A stretch of 64,000 bases of DNA, taken from contig OZ237741.1 of the NCBI GenBank assembly GCA_965178125.1, positions 124,001-188,000 on the forward strand, read 5' to 3'. The translations under genes and the position numbers were made by a program. Below are positions 25,647-37,798 of the stretch, piece after piece. The stretch comes from Bilabrum cf. latius. Its lineage: Eukaryota. The notes below the pieces were generated by a model. That model made no database searches and was not told the DNA's origin. It was given only the letters and a program-made list of their open reading frames with translations. How positions within the stretch are numbered: the first letter of the stretch is position 1; each line of letters starts with the position of its first letter.

Positions 25647-26285
25647 ATGTACGCCGGGCAGAAACGTCAATTTGGCGGAGAAGGGCAGGAGCGGAACTAG
25701 TGGCGGCGTACAAACCGAGGAAGGGGTCGCCAGCAAGGCGGTCGGGGCGGACGCGGAGGCGGGCGCGGACGAGGCCGAGGCCGAGGCCGAGGCGGCAGGA
25801 ATCGAGGACCCAGGCCACCAAAGCGGCCGTATGATCCCCCAATTGCACCTAATACTTGGGTCACTCTATCTGCGTTGGAGAATCCGTGGGAACGGCTGGA
25901 AACTGCGATTGGATTGCCACCAGAGGTGCCGGACCTACGTCCCAGTGCAACTGCGCCTGCGGTTCAGACTGGAGGGCCTGCATCGCAGGCTTCAGGCCAC
26001 CAGCCGAGCGCCGCAACTAGTAGTGTAGTGTAGGTCGAAATGTCCAGTACATCTCCGAGCAGCGCAGCGATGGGCAGCCCCCCGCCAGCGGCGGCTGCAT
26101 CAAGCTCGTCTTCGTCTGCCTCTGCAACCGCTGGTCCTTCGCGCACAAAGTTGGTTCTGCCGCCCCCAAAGTCACAAGCATTACCGAGCCAAGGGGTCTC
26201 CATTGGAGTGGCCGGATCTGGGATAGCGAGCGCTCCACTGGTGCCAAGTGTTAGCTGTGAGGGCCAAGCCGATGGCGTGACATGA
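25647..26285 (+). CDS. RGG-rich 212-aa protein with an MPLKIP/TTDN1-like 'ALENPW' motif; 2 in-frame TAGs (25698, 26031)
   Basis: GCCATG start; '[84 protein letters not shown]'; TGA 26283-26285. Only its 3' tail appears in the ORF track. Confidence 0.6.
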
Positions 26286-26332
26286 ACTGCAAATTGCCAA
26301 AACACGGACAAGAGGGAGTACAAATGCATCAA

Positions 26333-29300
26333 TTACTTTCCAGACAGCTTCTTTGTAAGGTAGGGATCCGCGCTGATCTCCCTCACTCCCGGCCGCTCTC
26401 TCTGGTCAAAGGTCAGGCACCGTCGGATAAAGTTCTGGGCCTCCTTGGACACGGCCGGCTTGCCCGGCGGCGGGAACTCCACCGACCTCGCGTTAAGGAT
26501 GACCTTATCCCTGTAGATCTGCTCCTGCGTCTACCCCTCTCCGAATGGCCTCTTCCCGAAGAGCATCTGGTAGAAGATCACGCCGAGCGACCACACGTCC
26601 ACCTTGTCACTGATCCTCGGGGGGGTGGGCCCGTGCAGCTGAAAGCACTCGGGAGGCAGGTACCAGTACGTCCCTGCACCCTGCGAGGTAAGCTCCATGC
26701 TCGTCATTTCAGAGGCGTGGTGCTGCTGCCGGGCCGCCGCCAGCACGCCCCCGTCCCTGCCTGGGCTGGACCCCGCCCCTGCCGCTGCCCCGCTTCCAGC
26801 AGTGGCTCGCGCCCTCTGCCCCCTATCCTCGAATATCTTGCTCAGCCCGAAGTCCGTCACCTTGACCATCCTGTCGTCCGTCAGCAAGATGTTCGCCGGC
26901 TTTAGGTCGAAGTGGATCACCCGCCGCCCCTGCAGCTGATCCGCCGGCGGGATCACCCCGCCACCGTCAGCACCCGAGGCCTAGGCCCCCGAGGCCGACA
27001 TGGACGTGCCCCCCGCCCGCACCCCCGCCCCCGCCCGCTCGCTGATCCCCACGCTGATGCCCCTTTCGATGTGCGTCCCTGGCGCGATCTCCCCTTCGAT
27101 CCCTTGTTCCCCAGGCGACATCATCATGCTGGCCAATGGGATCTCCACAGCGTCCAGACCCGCCCCCTGACCCGCTTCCACCCCGATCCCCGACCGCGCC
27201 GCGCCGCCCAGCCCCGCCCGGCCACCAAATCCCCCAGCCCCCCCAAACCCCGGCGGGCTTGGGGCCCGCATCGCGCCCATGGCAGGGCTGCGGGCCGAGT
27301 CCTCCGCCTGTCCCTGTCCCTATCCCTGTCCCTGGGCCTGAGACTGCCCGGCACCAGCAGTCGGACCAGCGGCAGCGGACGACGAGGACGAGGACGAGGA
27401 CGGTGCCCCGCTGGCTGCTCCCCTCCCCTTGCCCCCCTTGCCCCCCTTGTCGCCCCCCCGCGTGCTGCGACCCCCCCGGGACACCCGTCCCCCTGTTGGG
27501 GTCGAAGCACGCTTGGCCTCCGCCGCCAGGGCCAGCGACTCGTCGTACCCCCCCGCCCCCCCGAAGCGCCCCACCTAGTTGAGGTACCTGAGAGCCGCGA
27601 GCACCTGCAGCACGATCGTGCGGGCCTCTCTCTCCGGTAGTGTCCTGTGCTGCTTGAGCAGCCGGTCGAGATCTGTGCCCCCGCAGTATTCCAGCACGGT
27701 GGCAAACGCGTCGTTGGATATCTCGAAAACGTCGTGCAGCTCCACGATGTTGGGGTGCTTGAGCTGCCTGTGGATCTGGTACTCCCTCGAGGCGTGCCTG
27801 ATGTAGTTCTAGCGCCTGTCCTCGTTCCACTGCTGCGAGAGCTGGTGCACCTTGACGGCAACCTCCGTGGCGGTGTGCAGATCCATGGCCCTCCACACCT
27901 CGCTGAAACCCCCCTTCCCGAGCAAGCTCATCAGGAGGTACCTCGTGTGCAGCACGGGCCTCGGTGCGAACCTGCTCTCCTGCTCGTCCCTGATCCGCTT
28001 GGTCTCGCGCAGCAGCAGCTGGTGCTCGGACAGCAGCTGCTTCTTCCTTTCCTGCAGCTTGGCGTCTTCCCTCTTCAGGATCGCCTGCTGCACCCTGCAC
28101 TGCTCGTCCTGCTCCGTGTGCCGCAGCTCAGCCAGGACCCGCTAGTCCACGCTCAGGCCCGGGATGCTGGCGGTGAGGCCGCCGGGGAGGGAGGCCTCCC
28201 CGGCGGGAGTGGAAGTGTCGCGCCCTGCCCTGCCCTGCCCCACCAGCCGAGGGGGCCCGCCGGGCACGGAGCTCATCCCGACGAGGCTCCCGGACATGGA
28301 GGCGTCTGTCATGTCACCGCTGTACCTGTCACCCGCAGGGCTGGGCCCCACGTCGGATCCGTCCCCGCTTGCAGCGGAGGAGGACGCGAGCTTGCTCTTG
28401 CTCTTGCCCCCTCCCTTGCTCTTGAGCGCCCTGCTGACCTTGGTGATTTCCTTCCTCCTCTTATCCAGCTCCTCCTTCCTCCTCTGCAGCTCCCTCAGGT
28501 CTGCCCTAAGGTCCCTGAATGCCTGCCCCTCCTCCCAGTGCTGCACCACCTGGGAGTGCATGCCCATCCCGGAGCGACGGGCCACGGACCGGCCCAGACG
28601 GTACTGCTTCTCGGAGAGCGCCCTGAGGCTCTCCCTCATCTCCTGGTCGATTACAGTGCGGACCAGCCGCTCCAAGTTCCCTGCCAGCCGAGCTGTCTGC
28701 GCCCCCTGTCGGATGCGCTCCTGCTCCAGCTGCCCCTCGGTGAGAGCCGCCCGCTGCCCCGCCTCGTCTCTCTCTCTCCGCAGCACCCTCAGCTCCTCCT
28801 TGGACCTCTCCAGCTCCCTGTTCCCGTCCTCCAATCGCCGCTTCAGCTGCTCCGCCTCGGCCCGTGCCTCGGCCAAGGCCCGGCGGGTGGCATCGGGCGA
28901 CACCCCCCCAGGCTGATGCTGGCTCCCACCGAAACCGCTCTGGCTCCCGCTCACCGGCGGCCCCATCCCGCTGCCCCCCGCGAGTCCTACAGAAGAACCG
29001 CCCCCTCCGAATCCGACCGTGGTGACTCCGCCGCCGCTGCCACTGCCGCTGCCGGCACCGCTCATCCCGCGCCCAGACACCGCCTGTAGAAAGAAGCTCT
29101 CCGCTTTCTTTGGGCCGCCCGGCGCCTCACCCTCCCCATCACCCCCGTCGCCGTGGGCTTTGTCCTGCCGGCCACCTGCCCTGGCCCCGCCCTTGGCGCC
29201 TCGACTGGCTCGGCCCGCCTTGCGCTGGGGCTGGGGCTGCTGGGTTGGGCCACCTGCCTCGTCTGCTCCCGAGGCACCACTTCCTCCCGTGGATGCGGAT

Positions 29301-29911
29301 CGCTTGGTGGTGCGGCGGCGCCTCGCCGCGGGGGGGCCTCCCTCGGCGTCTGCCGCAGAGGGAGGCTGCGCGGATGCGGGGCTGCCAGCTGGCTCCGGCT
29401 GGCTCGAGGATGGGCTGAGGGCAGACCGTCCTCGCTTCGCGCCGATGCGGGCGGAAGTTAGCGGGCCATTACTAGCGTTCGGTTCGGTGACTGCAGTCCC
29501 GTCGGATTGAGCAGAGGAGCCCCTTTCTAGGGCAGATGCTCGCGATGATTCAACCCGCGCCTGCTGATCATCCGGGCCAGACTGCACAGCGCCCGCTCGG
29601 CCGCTTCCGCCGCCCTATCTATCGCTGCCAAGAAGCACCGCCCCGCTAGATCTCGCAATTGGTGCCTGTACGGCGCCTGCTATGCTTCCCTAGCCGGCTC
29701 CGCCCGGCTACCCATCCAACACTGCCTCTCTTGCCAGTGAACCAAGGGCTACGGTGCTGCCAGCGGCAGATGTCGCTGGAACGCTACAGGATGGAATTAC
29801 AGTATCGTCATCAGGGTGATCTTGCCCTGCCATTCGCGCTTCTAGCCGGCGCAGCGTCCCGGCTGCGTTCACTGGTTGAGATGAGGCCGCAATGCTACCT
29901 TGCCATGACAA
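26333..29911 (-). CDS. TLK: Tousled-like kinase (start uncertain); 9 in-frame TAGs
   Basis: N-terminal '[10 protein letters not shown]', coiled coil, '[28 protein letters not shown]...[12 protein letters not shown]', '[12 protein letters not shown]', 'VTDFGLSK', '[19 protein letters not shown]', '[32 protein letters not shown]', '[18 protein letters not shown]'. TAGs at 29708, 29690, 29615, 28142, 27809, 27575, 27320, 26981, 26531; TAA 26333-26335. Confidence 0.92.
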
Positions 29912-30273
29912 TTAAAGAGATGAAGTCTTGCAGCATCGAGGAAATCATATATGCCAATTATAATGCACGACTTACGGGATGGTACGTGTTTGTTGGAGCT
30001 CATCGTGACGCGAAACACGAAATCGAACGGTGTAAATCACCTAGAACTCCAATGTCTCCTCAGTCGCCACGCGGGCAAGTCTTCAACCCGACCGACTACT
30101 TGCTGAGTATATAGTTAATTTAGTTGATACGGTCCGCCAATCGTCTACTCCAGCGCGTAGAAATTCTGGTGGGATCGACCTCACTCGGCGAGACTGAATT
30201 GGATCGGGCCCCGGGTGACGAGCAGATTGGATCCCTCGGAGGCTGTCAGAGAGAGTCCAATCGAACCAACTCG
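29912..30273. promoter_or_regulatory. AT-richer divergent intergenic region (TLK / TTC7-like)
   Basis: Head-to-head gene starts flank a ~360-bp drop in GC. Confidence 0.4.
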
Positions 30274-33200
30274 ATGGCGAGGAGAGACCACGGCTACGAA
30301 AAGATTGATGCCTTTAGGCGAGAGGGCCGCTGGAAAGATCTCGTGCCGCTGGCAGATGGAATCAAGTCAGAGCAGTCGAGCGATGCGCAAGCTTTGGCGT
30401 TTCGTCTCACACTTCTGGCCGAGATGATCCTCCATAAGGTCCCAGCCTAGTACGGTCGATCTCTATCTGCGGCTGCACTGGACTAGCTGAAGCAGGCGCT
30501 GGTTGCTTCTCCGATGTTCGAGGTGAGCGCCGGTCGAGCAAGCGCAGTACGCCTAGCACCATGCCTGCGCTCATCTCCGTCCAACAGAGCCGCTACCTGC
30601 ACGTTTCTTGGCTTACCTATCGCAGGATGCCGTTGCCCTCGGTGTACTGGTCGCGTAGGCCCGACTGATCAAGTACGAAGGAGCAACTGCTGGAGCGTCC
30701 TGCATTCCGGTGGACCAACCGACCAGGCGTCGTCTCGGAGGGAGGCATGCACGACCAGATAACTTTCTTCCAGCATGCAACACTTAGCATACTCGCTGGA
30801 CCCCCCTTGCTCATGCCTCCCGGCCGCGCACTGTCTCTGCAGCCGGTGCCGCAGTGGCGGCCAGCGTGCTGCTTCGAGGCCTCAGGACCGTCTCCTCTGC
30901 CACCGCCTCGTCGACATCGACATCAGCGGGTCCAGCGGCCCATGCAAGCACTCCCGCGGACCCCGTGCCGCTGCGCTCGTGCTACCGCCGGCGGCTCTGG
31001 TCCCAGGCCATGCTCGCCTGCGGAGAAGCGCTTCTGCTCGAGGGGATCTTCGGGGGCACCGGGGGCGGGGGAGGACCTCACGGCCGGGGCGACGGTACTG
31101 CAAGTGGTGGGTAGGGGATAGGTGGCGATGCAATGCGCAGAGAGGATAGTCCGACTGCCTCGCCGTCTGGTCCTAGGGGCGGCGAGGGCAAGGGCGAGGG
31201 AAAAAGCAAGGGCCAGGACAAGGGGGCGGACAAGGGGAAGGGGAAAGGGAAAGGCAAGGAGGGGCGCGCGCCTGGTCCGTCTGGTTGTGCCCTGCTGCAG
31301 CTGCTGAGGATCAGCGGCGTGATGAGTGCCGTCGGTCTCCACGATGATGCTAGTGCTGCAAGGCCTGGACCGGATCGTGTGGGCGTGTCCTCGTCCTCTC
31401 CTTGCGGGCTGCGGCTTGATGTGGATGTGAGGGCGTGTTTGGGTGGCGGTGCTAGGGGCAGCCAGCGGGCGGTGCTTGCAGCGCAGGCGTGTGCTGAGCT
31501 GGGCATGCGCTGCCTGGGGGCCGTGGTGGAGGCCCAGGCCGCGTTCGGGATGCAGAAGCTGGAGCTGGGGGCCGAGCTTCTGCCCAGGCTGATGGCGCGA
31601 GGGGCAGGTGGTGACACCGGTGGTGCGGTGGATGGAGTGGAGGAGGAAGGGGGGCGGTATCCGCCAGGCAGGGAACAAACAAGGGAACAAGGGGTGCGCC
31701 CGGGTGCCCACACAACCAGTCGGTCCGCCTAGCTGCAGCTCACTGCAATGCACGCTGCGAGGATGCTGGAGGTGGCTGGAGCCGACGCGGCGCGAGCCGT
31801 GCTGGATGAGGACCCGCCGAGTTACGCTGCCCTGCTGGCTGCAGGGTGCAGCATCGTGTCGGCGGCCAGGTCGTGCGGCAGCCATGCTGCCTCAGCTGCC
31901 GCTGCATCTGCCCTGCTGTCACCCGCTGGCATGCTCTCCCCCCTGAAGGAGCCAGCCGCCGGCACCACGGCGCGTCAGACGGCAGTCGCGGTGGGCGGTG
32001 CTCGTCTGCCTGCTGCTCTGCGTCAGTAGATAGGGGGCTGGTGCTACGTGTCCAAAGCAGGCGTGCCCATGGCTGTGTTCGACTGTGACCCGGGCAGCTT
32101 TGGCGGGGGTACGGATGCGGGGAGTTGTGCTACAGCGTGGCCGCGACTTTCTGCCTTTGGCTGCGCGGGGAGAAAGCACGGGCCCGGGTACGGCCCAGCT
32201 TGTCTCCTTCGCGCGTTGCTCGAGGACGAGGACGGGACTTCCGATCGAGATGCAGGCGAGCGCGGGGGTGGAGGCTCGCGGGCGGCAGGTACTGGGAACG
32301 ATCTTGTGGCTCCATCGACGAGCGAGGAGACTGACAGCGTCGACGTTGAGGCTTTGCTGGGCCCGGATCCCGCGTCGGCTGTGTTCGGGCCTGAGCTGGC
32401 CACGATGCTGCAGGCGGTGCGGTTTCCCATGGGTGGGCATTCGTTGCGGAGGCAGCTGCGCGCGAGGGCAGGCGAGCGCGAAGGCGAGCAAGACACGGCC
32501 AAGAAAAGCAGCGAGGGGGCGGGCGGCAAGAAGCAGAAAGACAAGAAGGGGGGTGGGAGGGTGTCGGCTGAGAGCAGATAGGGTGGAGAGCTCGTGTTCG
32601 TGGGCAGGGCCATGGGAGCGGCGGTGGTGATGCAGCCTCCCGACCTGTATGCTAGTGCGGGAGGTGGGCATCCTGAGTCAGCGGACGGAGAGGGCGGCGA
32701 CGATGGCGGTGCGAGCGGGGCAGATCGGCTTGCCCTGCTCGCAGGTGGGTCAGACGGCGCTGCGTCCTCTTCAAGCGGTTGGTTTGGTGATGGACTGGGC
32801 GACCGCATGAAGCAGGTGTTTGACCAGGCAAGGGGCAAGCAGCACGGGCTGGAGGCGTACACCGCCCCTGTGTGGCCCCCTGTGCACTCGCTGTGGGCGG
32901 TCAGAGCCGCCCTGCGAGCGACCCTCGACGGCGAGCCAGAGTTCGGAAATGCTGTTGGCGGGGGCGGCGGGCAGGGGCTAGCGAGTGGGCAGGGTACCGC
33001 CTCGGCCGAGGGCGAGGCGGGCAGCGGCAAAGGGGGCGGGCCAGCTTCCTCCAGCGGGAAAGCTGGGAGCGGTTCCTCGGCTAGCAGCGATGCCACTGCC
33101 AAGCTCGACTCGCCGTGCGGGGCCGTGATCGAGGCGATGCTGCAGGCAGAGGCGGTGAGCGCCCTGGCAGCAATGGCGCGGGAGGCCTGTGTGACGAGAG

Positions 33201-36169
33201 AAACGCGAGGCGTGTGCGAGTGGGCGTGCGCCGATGCCGCGCTGCTGCCCCCACTGCTGGCATGGTCCCGTCCTACTGCTGATAGTCGCGAGCTCATCGC
33301 CGTGCTGGGCGCTGGCCTCACGGCTCGATTCGTGCCTCGCGTGCGGCCCTCCTTTCTCTCGACTGGACCGCTGCTGCTCGCCGCCTGCAGCACCGGCAAC
33401 GACGCAGGACAAGGACGGGGACAACCGGACTCCGTTGAAGCGAGGAGCGGTGCTGCAGTTGCCCCAGCAGCCAGCACATCCGGGGCTGGCAGTCGTGGTG
33501 GCAGTGCGCCTGGCACGAGGCTACGGCACGGGTCTATGCAACGCGCAGCGGATCTAGTGGTGGGGCTGGAAGAGAGCCTGGGCGGCGCGTCTGCGGGCGG
33601 GTGCGTCCGAGCTGCGGACCGGGTGCGTGAGTCTGTGATCGGCGGCGTGCCCACGATGCTGGTGCTGGAGGGGTTCAGGGGCGGCGTGCCGACGCGTGGG
33701 GCGGGTGCGGGTGCCCTCAGTGCTGAAGATGCCAGGCTGGCCGAGTCACTGGGGCAGCTGCCGATGGATCCAGATCCCCGTGCGTGCGCTGCCGTCTCTT
33801 CGTGCATGCTGCACGCGTGCTCCAAGCTGCCGGGAAGCTCCCCGTCAGCCGTCGCTGCTCTTGGCGACGTTCTGCGACTCATGACTGGGCAGGACACGCC
33901 GCCTGTGACACTGCTCGTGTGCGCCGGCGATGCAGACGATCTGGCGTAGGAGACTGGGATCCGCGCCCTGTCTGTCCCACTCGAGGCGCTTAGAGGGGCG
34001 AATGCCTCGCCGGGGCCAGAAGCAGGACCACCGTCCTCTGCAGGCGGCAGCCAAGAGGAGGCGAAGGAACCCGAGGTCGGATCGACCAGTGGCGCACCCC
34101 ATGCAGGTACCAGCTGGCGGCCACAGGGGGAAAACAACCTCCGTGCGGCGCAGCTGGCACGCGGGCTGTCAGCGCTGCTTGTGGCTGCCCCTGCCTCTGT
34201 CGCCATGGGCGCGGTGACCGACATGGTGAGGCCACCGGGCGGGGACCATGGCGAGGAGGAGCCGGCCGCGGACAGTGGCGAGCTGCCACCCGACGGTGCG
34301 GTGGATTCGGAGCCGCAATCCGACTCGGAGGGGCTGCCAGAAGCTGCGCTCGCCGGGGTCATCGGACCTGGGGGTGCTCTCGGGCTTCGGCCGGATCCGG
34401 CCGACGCGGCCTCTTCTTCTACCGGAGGATCCAGCGGTGCAGAGCCCGACGGTGTCTCGCTTGGGGAGCAGCACAGCTCCCACAGGCCGTTTGCCGTCGG
34501 GTTCTTTGGGGCTTTGAGGGCGGCCGCGGCGGCGACAGGCGTGGCCGCGTGCCAGGACCAGAGCTCTTCTGGATACGCTGGTAGTGGCCCTGGACCTGGG
34601 CCTGGGCTTGGGCCTGGGCCTGGGCCTCGCTTGGTGCCTTTGAGCGTGCTGCTGGCATGCGCTGCGGAGGCTCTGCTGGCGTGTCCTGTCATCGACGATG
34701 GGGCCGCCACTGTCACGGTGCAGAGGTGCCTGCCCGGTGCAGCGGCCGGCTCGGGAGGACACAGCCCCACCAACGCGGCGACATGGTTGGCGGAACGGGC
34801 CTGTGAGGCTGCTGCGGCGATGGACGGGCCCGCCCTAGCCGTGGCCTGTGGCAGCATAGATGCATGCAGGGCGGCAGTGGCCGCCACCATGCCAAGGCAC
34901 GCGCAGAGGCGAGGCCTGCTTGCGTGGGCCGCCGCTGCCGTGGCCCAGACCGAGGCCTGGGTGTGCCGGCACCGTGCGCAGTGCCTCCTTCTGGCAGCGA
35001 GGTGCTACCGGCGGCAGGCCGCCATCTCGCTGCTGCCTGGTGCTGTTCCCCACCTGCTGTGTCGCGAGGGCAGGGAGAGGGAGGCGATGCGGCTGCACGC
35101 GCTCTGCCTCGAGGCCTCGACCCTCGGCCTGGCGTGGCTGGGTGAGACAGGACCGGGATCTGCGTCGCTTCCCTCTCGCACTGGGGAAGAACAGCATGGA
35201 GGTGCTGGGGCGGACCCGCTGGCGTGCAGGCTGCAGGTGCTAGCTGCTGGTGCGCGCATGCAGCTGGCGGGCGAGGACCGCAAGCTGGCGCTCGGTGCCG
35301 GCAGCACGATGAGGTGGCTGCGGTCATCTCTGGCAGCGTGGCCCGAGCAGGCAGACGCCTGGGCACTGGCTGCTAGGGCGACTGCGATGCTGCGGTCAGC
35401 TGCAACTGGTGACCCAAGGTCAGACCCTGCAGCGGCCGAGGCGCACATGGGCACTCTCAGAGGGGGCGTGGCGAGAATCCAGGCAGCGTGCAGTGCTCTC
35501 GGTGCTGTGCTTGGCATAGGTGGTGCCCCCGCAACTGAAGAAGGAGGGGAATAGGTGGGGGAGCCGGTGGATGGCGAGGACGGGGGCAGCAGGCCAAGGG
35601 GAGAGGGCAGGGCAGGCACGGCGTGGAGCCTGGCAGACTCGGGAGCAATCAGCGGTGAGTGGTTGAGGGGTCAGGCCAGCGCGGGGTAGGATGGAACCGG
35701 CCGCGTGGGGGCTCCTGGCGCGCCCCTGTACATGCGACTTGAGGAGGCGCTCGGCATGATGGCCGCGAGTGCTGCTGGCACGGTTGGACAGGTGCCCATG
35801 GGGCAGGCCCCTGGTGTTGACGTGCTCGGGTGGGCGGTGCTCGGTGCCGCGGCGGAGTCGGGTGCCAGGGCTAGAGAGAGGAAGGCAAGGGGTGCAAAGA
35901 GGACCCCCAGGGAACAAATCCATCTGGGGGAACAGGCAGATGCGCTCGGGAGGGTGGCTGCTGCCGGCATGATGGCCGTGAAGCTGCGCGGGGAGGATGG
36001 GAAGCGAGACGCGGGTGGGGGTGACAAGCCTGTAGGAGTGCAGGGGGTGGCTGAGTTAGCTGACGTCGTGGTGAGGCGTCTAGATCTAAGCAAAGGAGGG
36101 CAAGGGTGTGATGACGAGATGCTGGTGGCGGTGATTGGACTGCTCGGGGAGATGCAGGGCGTGGCTTGA
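30274..36169 (+). CDS. Large Ala-rich alpha-solenoid protein, TTC7/Ypp1-like N-terminus (~1930 aa; intron 30523-30625; 11 in-frame TAGs)
   Basis: 'KIDAFRREGRWKDL..LTLLAEMIL' resembles the TTC7 N-terminus. Track ORFs 30854, 31133, 31748, 32048, 32594, 34181 and 35705 are one frame broken only by TAG; ends TGA 36167-36169. TPR-like 'WPEQADAWALAARA' near the C-terminus. Confidence 0.65.
30523..30625 (+). other. Putative intron (103 bp)
   Basis: GAG|GTGAGC ... CTATCGCAG|GAT; restores the frame. Confidence 0.7.
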
Positions 36170-36259
36170 CCGAGGCACCAGCGCAGCCCACTAGTGTTTG
36201 AGAATCTTCTATCAGACCTGCCAATGCAAACCGTTAGATCAAAATCGCTTTCCTCAAGT

Positions 36260-37579
36260 TCACACATCGCAAAGGGGCGGCGCAAGTGGACGCCTTGGTG
36301 TGCCACCACCTCCCACGCTGCCGGGCCCGTTGTTTACCACGGCATGCAGCGCCTGGAACAGGACCTTGAGGTCTTCGTAGATGGGCATGCCGGGCTCGGC
36401 CACCCCGGTGGCATAGGACCCAAAGGTGACGTTGTACTCCGCCTTGAGCTGCTCCGATACGATGCCCTCCATGCACAGAGCCCCGCTGGGATTCGCGGTG
36501 TCGTCCACGATGTACCCCCCATAGTCCCGGAGCGCGTCTCGCAGCTTCTGTCCCGGGATGGTCCGCAGCTGCAGCCCGCCGGCCACATCGCCCGGGATGG
36601 CAAGCAGCGCCCCGGGCTTTACGTGTGGACTGCTCCCGTTATAGAACAGCCCCTACGGATCCTTAGCATACCCGTCGTGTCCCAGTGCGGGCCAAGTGTA
36701 GTAGGACCAGTCCTCCCCCTGGATCCCGCCGTAGTACTGGTCGTGTGCGAACCCTTCGATCTTGAGTGCGTGCGGGATCGGGGGCGCGTTTCGGCTCAGC
36801 TCTCCGCTCCGGATGGTGCCACCCACAGCTGAGAGACCGCTGCCGCCGTGCGCTCCCCATGCACCGTCATCGGTGATCTTGGTGACCCACGGGAATGGTA
36901 CGGGGCAACCCTGCTGGTACTGAGCGAGCACCGGAGCACCTGCTCCGCACCGGTAGAGGGGCTGCGCCTGGATGAGAGTCACGTTGTCAGGCAGCAGCAG
37001 GCCCATCGCATTGTTGCCTTCCTTTTCACCGGTGCTGAAGTTCGCAGGAAAGGGGATGTGAGTGGCGAGTGGCCCGTGCTGCTTGCACTTGTCGTCGGGG
37101 CCCCAGTCCCCTTGGGACAGCCACGGTGTCATGGGATCGTCGGCGCTCGCAAAAATCATGTAGTCCTCGTCGTTGTGGAACTATCCAGGGTAATTACCAC
37201 CATCAGCCCGCTCAAAACACCAAGGAATCCTTGGATCCGTCGTCGAGTTATCGAAGCAGCAGCCCTTGTCGATGCAATCCTCCGGGGTTATTCCCCCTTT
37301 CGCCCCCGGGCACAACGTGCGCCGAGATGGGAGGTTCTTCCTAAGCTCACAGGCGCGCTCCCGCGTGAAGTTGGTAAACATGTTGGCGGGGACAAACTGC
37401 GCATCGCTCCCGATAGGTGTGTTCCATATCGACTGCGACGAGAATGGCTGCGCTCTCCTATCACGACATGGTGCACCTCTGGGAGTTGGCTGTATAGTTG
37501 TAGGATTGTGGGTCACATAATTGCCGCCCGACTAAACGGCACAGAGGCTGAGCAACACGGCAAGCGTGGCACACTGCAT
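36260..37579 (-). CDS. Secreted protein: signal peptide + bacterial-type uncharacterised domain with inserted trefoil (P-type) domain; 3 in-frame TAGs (37532, 37181, 36653)
   Basis: 'MQCATLAVLLSLCAV*SG' signal; 'PFSSQSIWNTPIGSDAQFVPA'; trefoil 'CPGAKGGITPEDCIDKGCCFDNSTTDPRIPWCF'; 'GAHGGSGLSAVGGTIRSGEL..IPHALK', 'GALLAIP', 'ALRDYGGYIVDDT', 'NNGPGSVGGGGTPRRPLAP'. TGA 36260-36262. Confidence 0.8.
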
Positions 37580-37798
37580 GGGCGATAGCGCGGTGTGCCG
37601 GAACGCCCGCGTTTATCCGAACAGCAGACGGGAAATACTGTCTTGCTGTGCAACACAGCGGTTCCAATTGAGGCAAATCAGTGCGAAAGTTGCATGGTGT
37701 GCTCGGCAAGATCCGGAATCCAGATCCAAAGTTGCAGCGGACCAACCGCACACCTGAAAGGAGACTAGTCTTTCGAAGGCAAGAAGATTACACCAACC

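Noticed and set aside
25964-26332. 122-aa minus-strand ORF downstream of TLK
   Set aside because: It starts immediately after the TLK stop and is antisense to the better-supported RGG/MPLKIP-like frame.
26531-27811. Pyrrolysine, or A-to-I editing (UAG to Trp), as the explanation for TAG
   Set aside because: TAGs are numerous, scattered and align mostly with Gln or polar positions, not Trp or specialised catalytic sites; no pyl genes are visible. U-to-C editing cannot be excluded from DNA alone but is less parsimonious.
32044-34890. 948-aa minus-strand ORF and similar long antisense/alternate-frame ORFs (e.g. 6134-7804, 23413-25107, 51490-53157, 56046-57425)
   Set aside because: Shadow ORFs of GC-rich genes on the opposite strand, with Ser/Pro/Ala-rich translations and no domain motifs.
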